DNA of 64,000 nt from Octopus sinensis. Taxonomy: Eukaryota. The DNA is taken from assembly GCF_006345805.1 (NCBI RefSeq), contig NC_043001.1, forward strand, positions 64,480,001 to 64,544,000, given 5' to 3'. This document shows, one piece after another, positions 63,440 through 64,000 of the stretch (the stretch's first letter is position 1; the number at the start of each line of letters is the position of its first letter). The notes below the pieces were generated by a model that saw only the letters and a program-made list of their open reading frames with translations, was not told the DNA's origin and did not search any database. The position numbers and the translations under genes are program-made.

Positions 63440-64000
63440 TTAATATGATTCTTGAAACAGCTAGTAATCACAGCCTCATTATGGTAAGGGGCCACTACCC
63501 CTTACTATAATGAGGCTGTGGCTGCTAGCAGTTTCAAGAAATAAATTCATTATATGTTTGACCCATGCCTCCACAAAAGAAAGCACTACCATAAAGTTAT
63601 TTGGTTCTCACACTTTTCTCTCTAAATGTTAAAATCTGTGTATGTAGGGCCATTCTTAGACTAACAGATAAACATTTTACATTTGCACATAAATATAGAA
63701 AACTATTCAGTAGATTTTCTATATTTCTTTTAACTTCATAACAAATTTGAAGAAGTCTTAGCTAATAGTCTCAGACATAATATAGAGATAAACTATTCAT
63801 GCAGAAGTAGCAACACATGCCTACTTAACAGCCAATGTGCCAAAAAACCATTATGTATGAAGTGGAAGCCAAAACCAGGTATTCCAGTGGGTTGAAGCTA
63901 GTGCAGCAATATATCTGAGCAATGGAACAATTTTTATATTTTAAACATTCTTTAAAATTTTGTTTTTATCAGGTGGTGTTATGCTTTTAACATTTTTTAA

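Overview
Eukaryotic, AT-rich, microsatellite-dense DNA, almost certainly from a coleoid cephalopod (Octopus-type tRNA-derived SINEs, RTE tails ending in (GAT)n, many (TA)n/(CA)n tracts). Most of the window is nested, mostly decayed transposable elements: a Gypsy LTR element with several insertions, RTE, Tx1/L1-like and Penelope-like retroelements, Helitrons, mariners, a Chapaev-like remnant, SINEs and MITEs. The only host gene I can support is a meiotic HORMA-domain gene (HORMAD1/2-like), with three + strand exons at 15826-16485 including an 11-nt microexon. The most striking signal is a 353-bp tandem array (about 2.7 near-identical units, 22209-23176) inserted in (TA)n. It has no ORF, and each unit carries an intact minimal type I hammerhead ribozyme, the architecture of a non-LTR retrozyme or Penelope pLTR multimer that could yield a 353-nt circular RNA. 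A second intact-looking hammerhead sits inside an element with perfect 45-bp terminal inverted repeats, and a foldback element encloses telomeric repeats. All calls are by eye with no database searches; TE boundaries are approximate unless termini are quoted.
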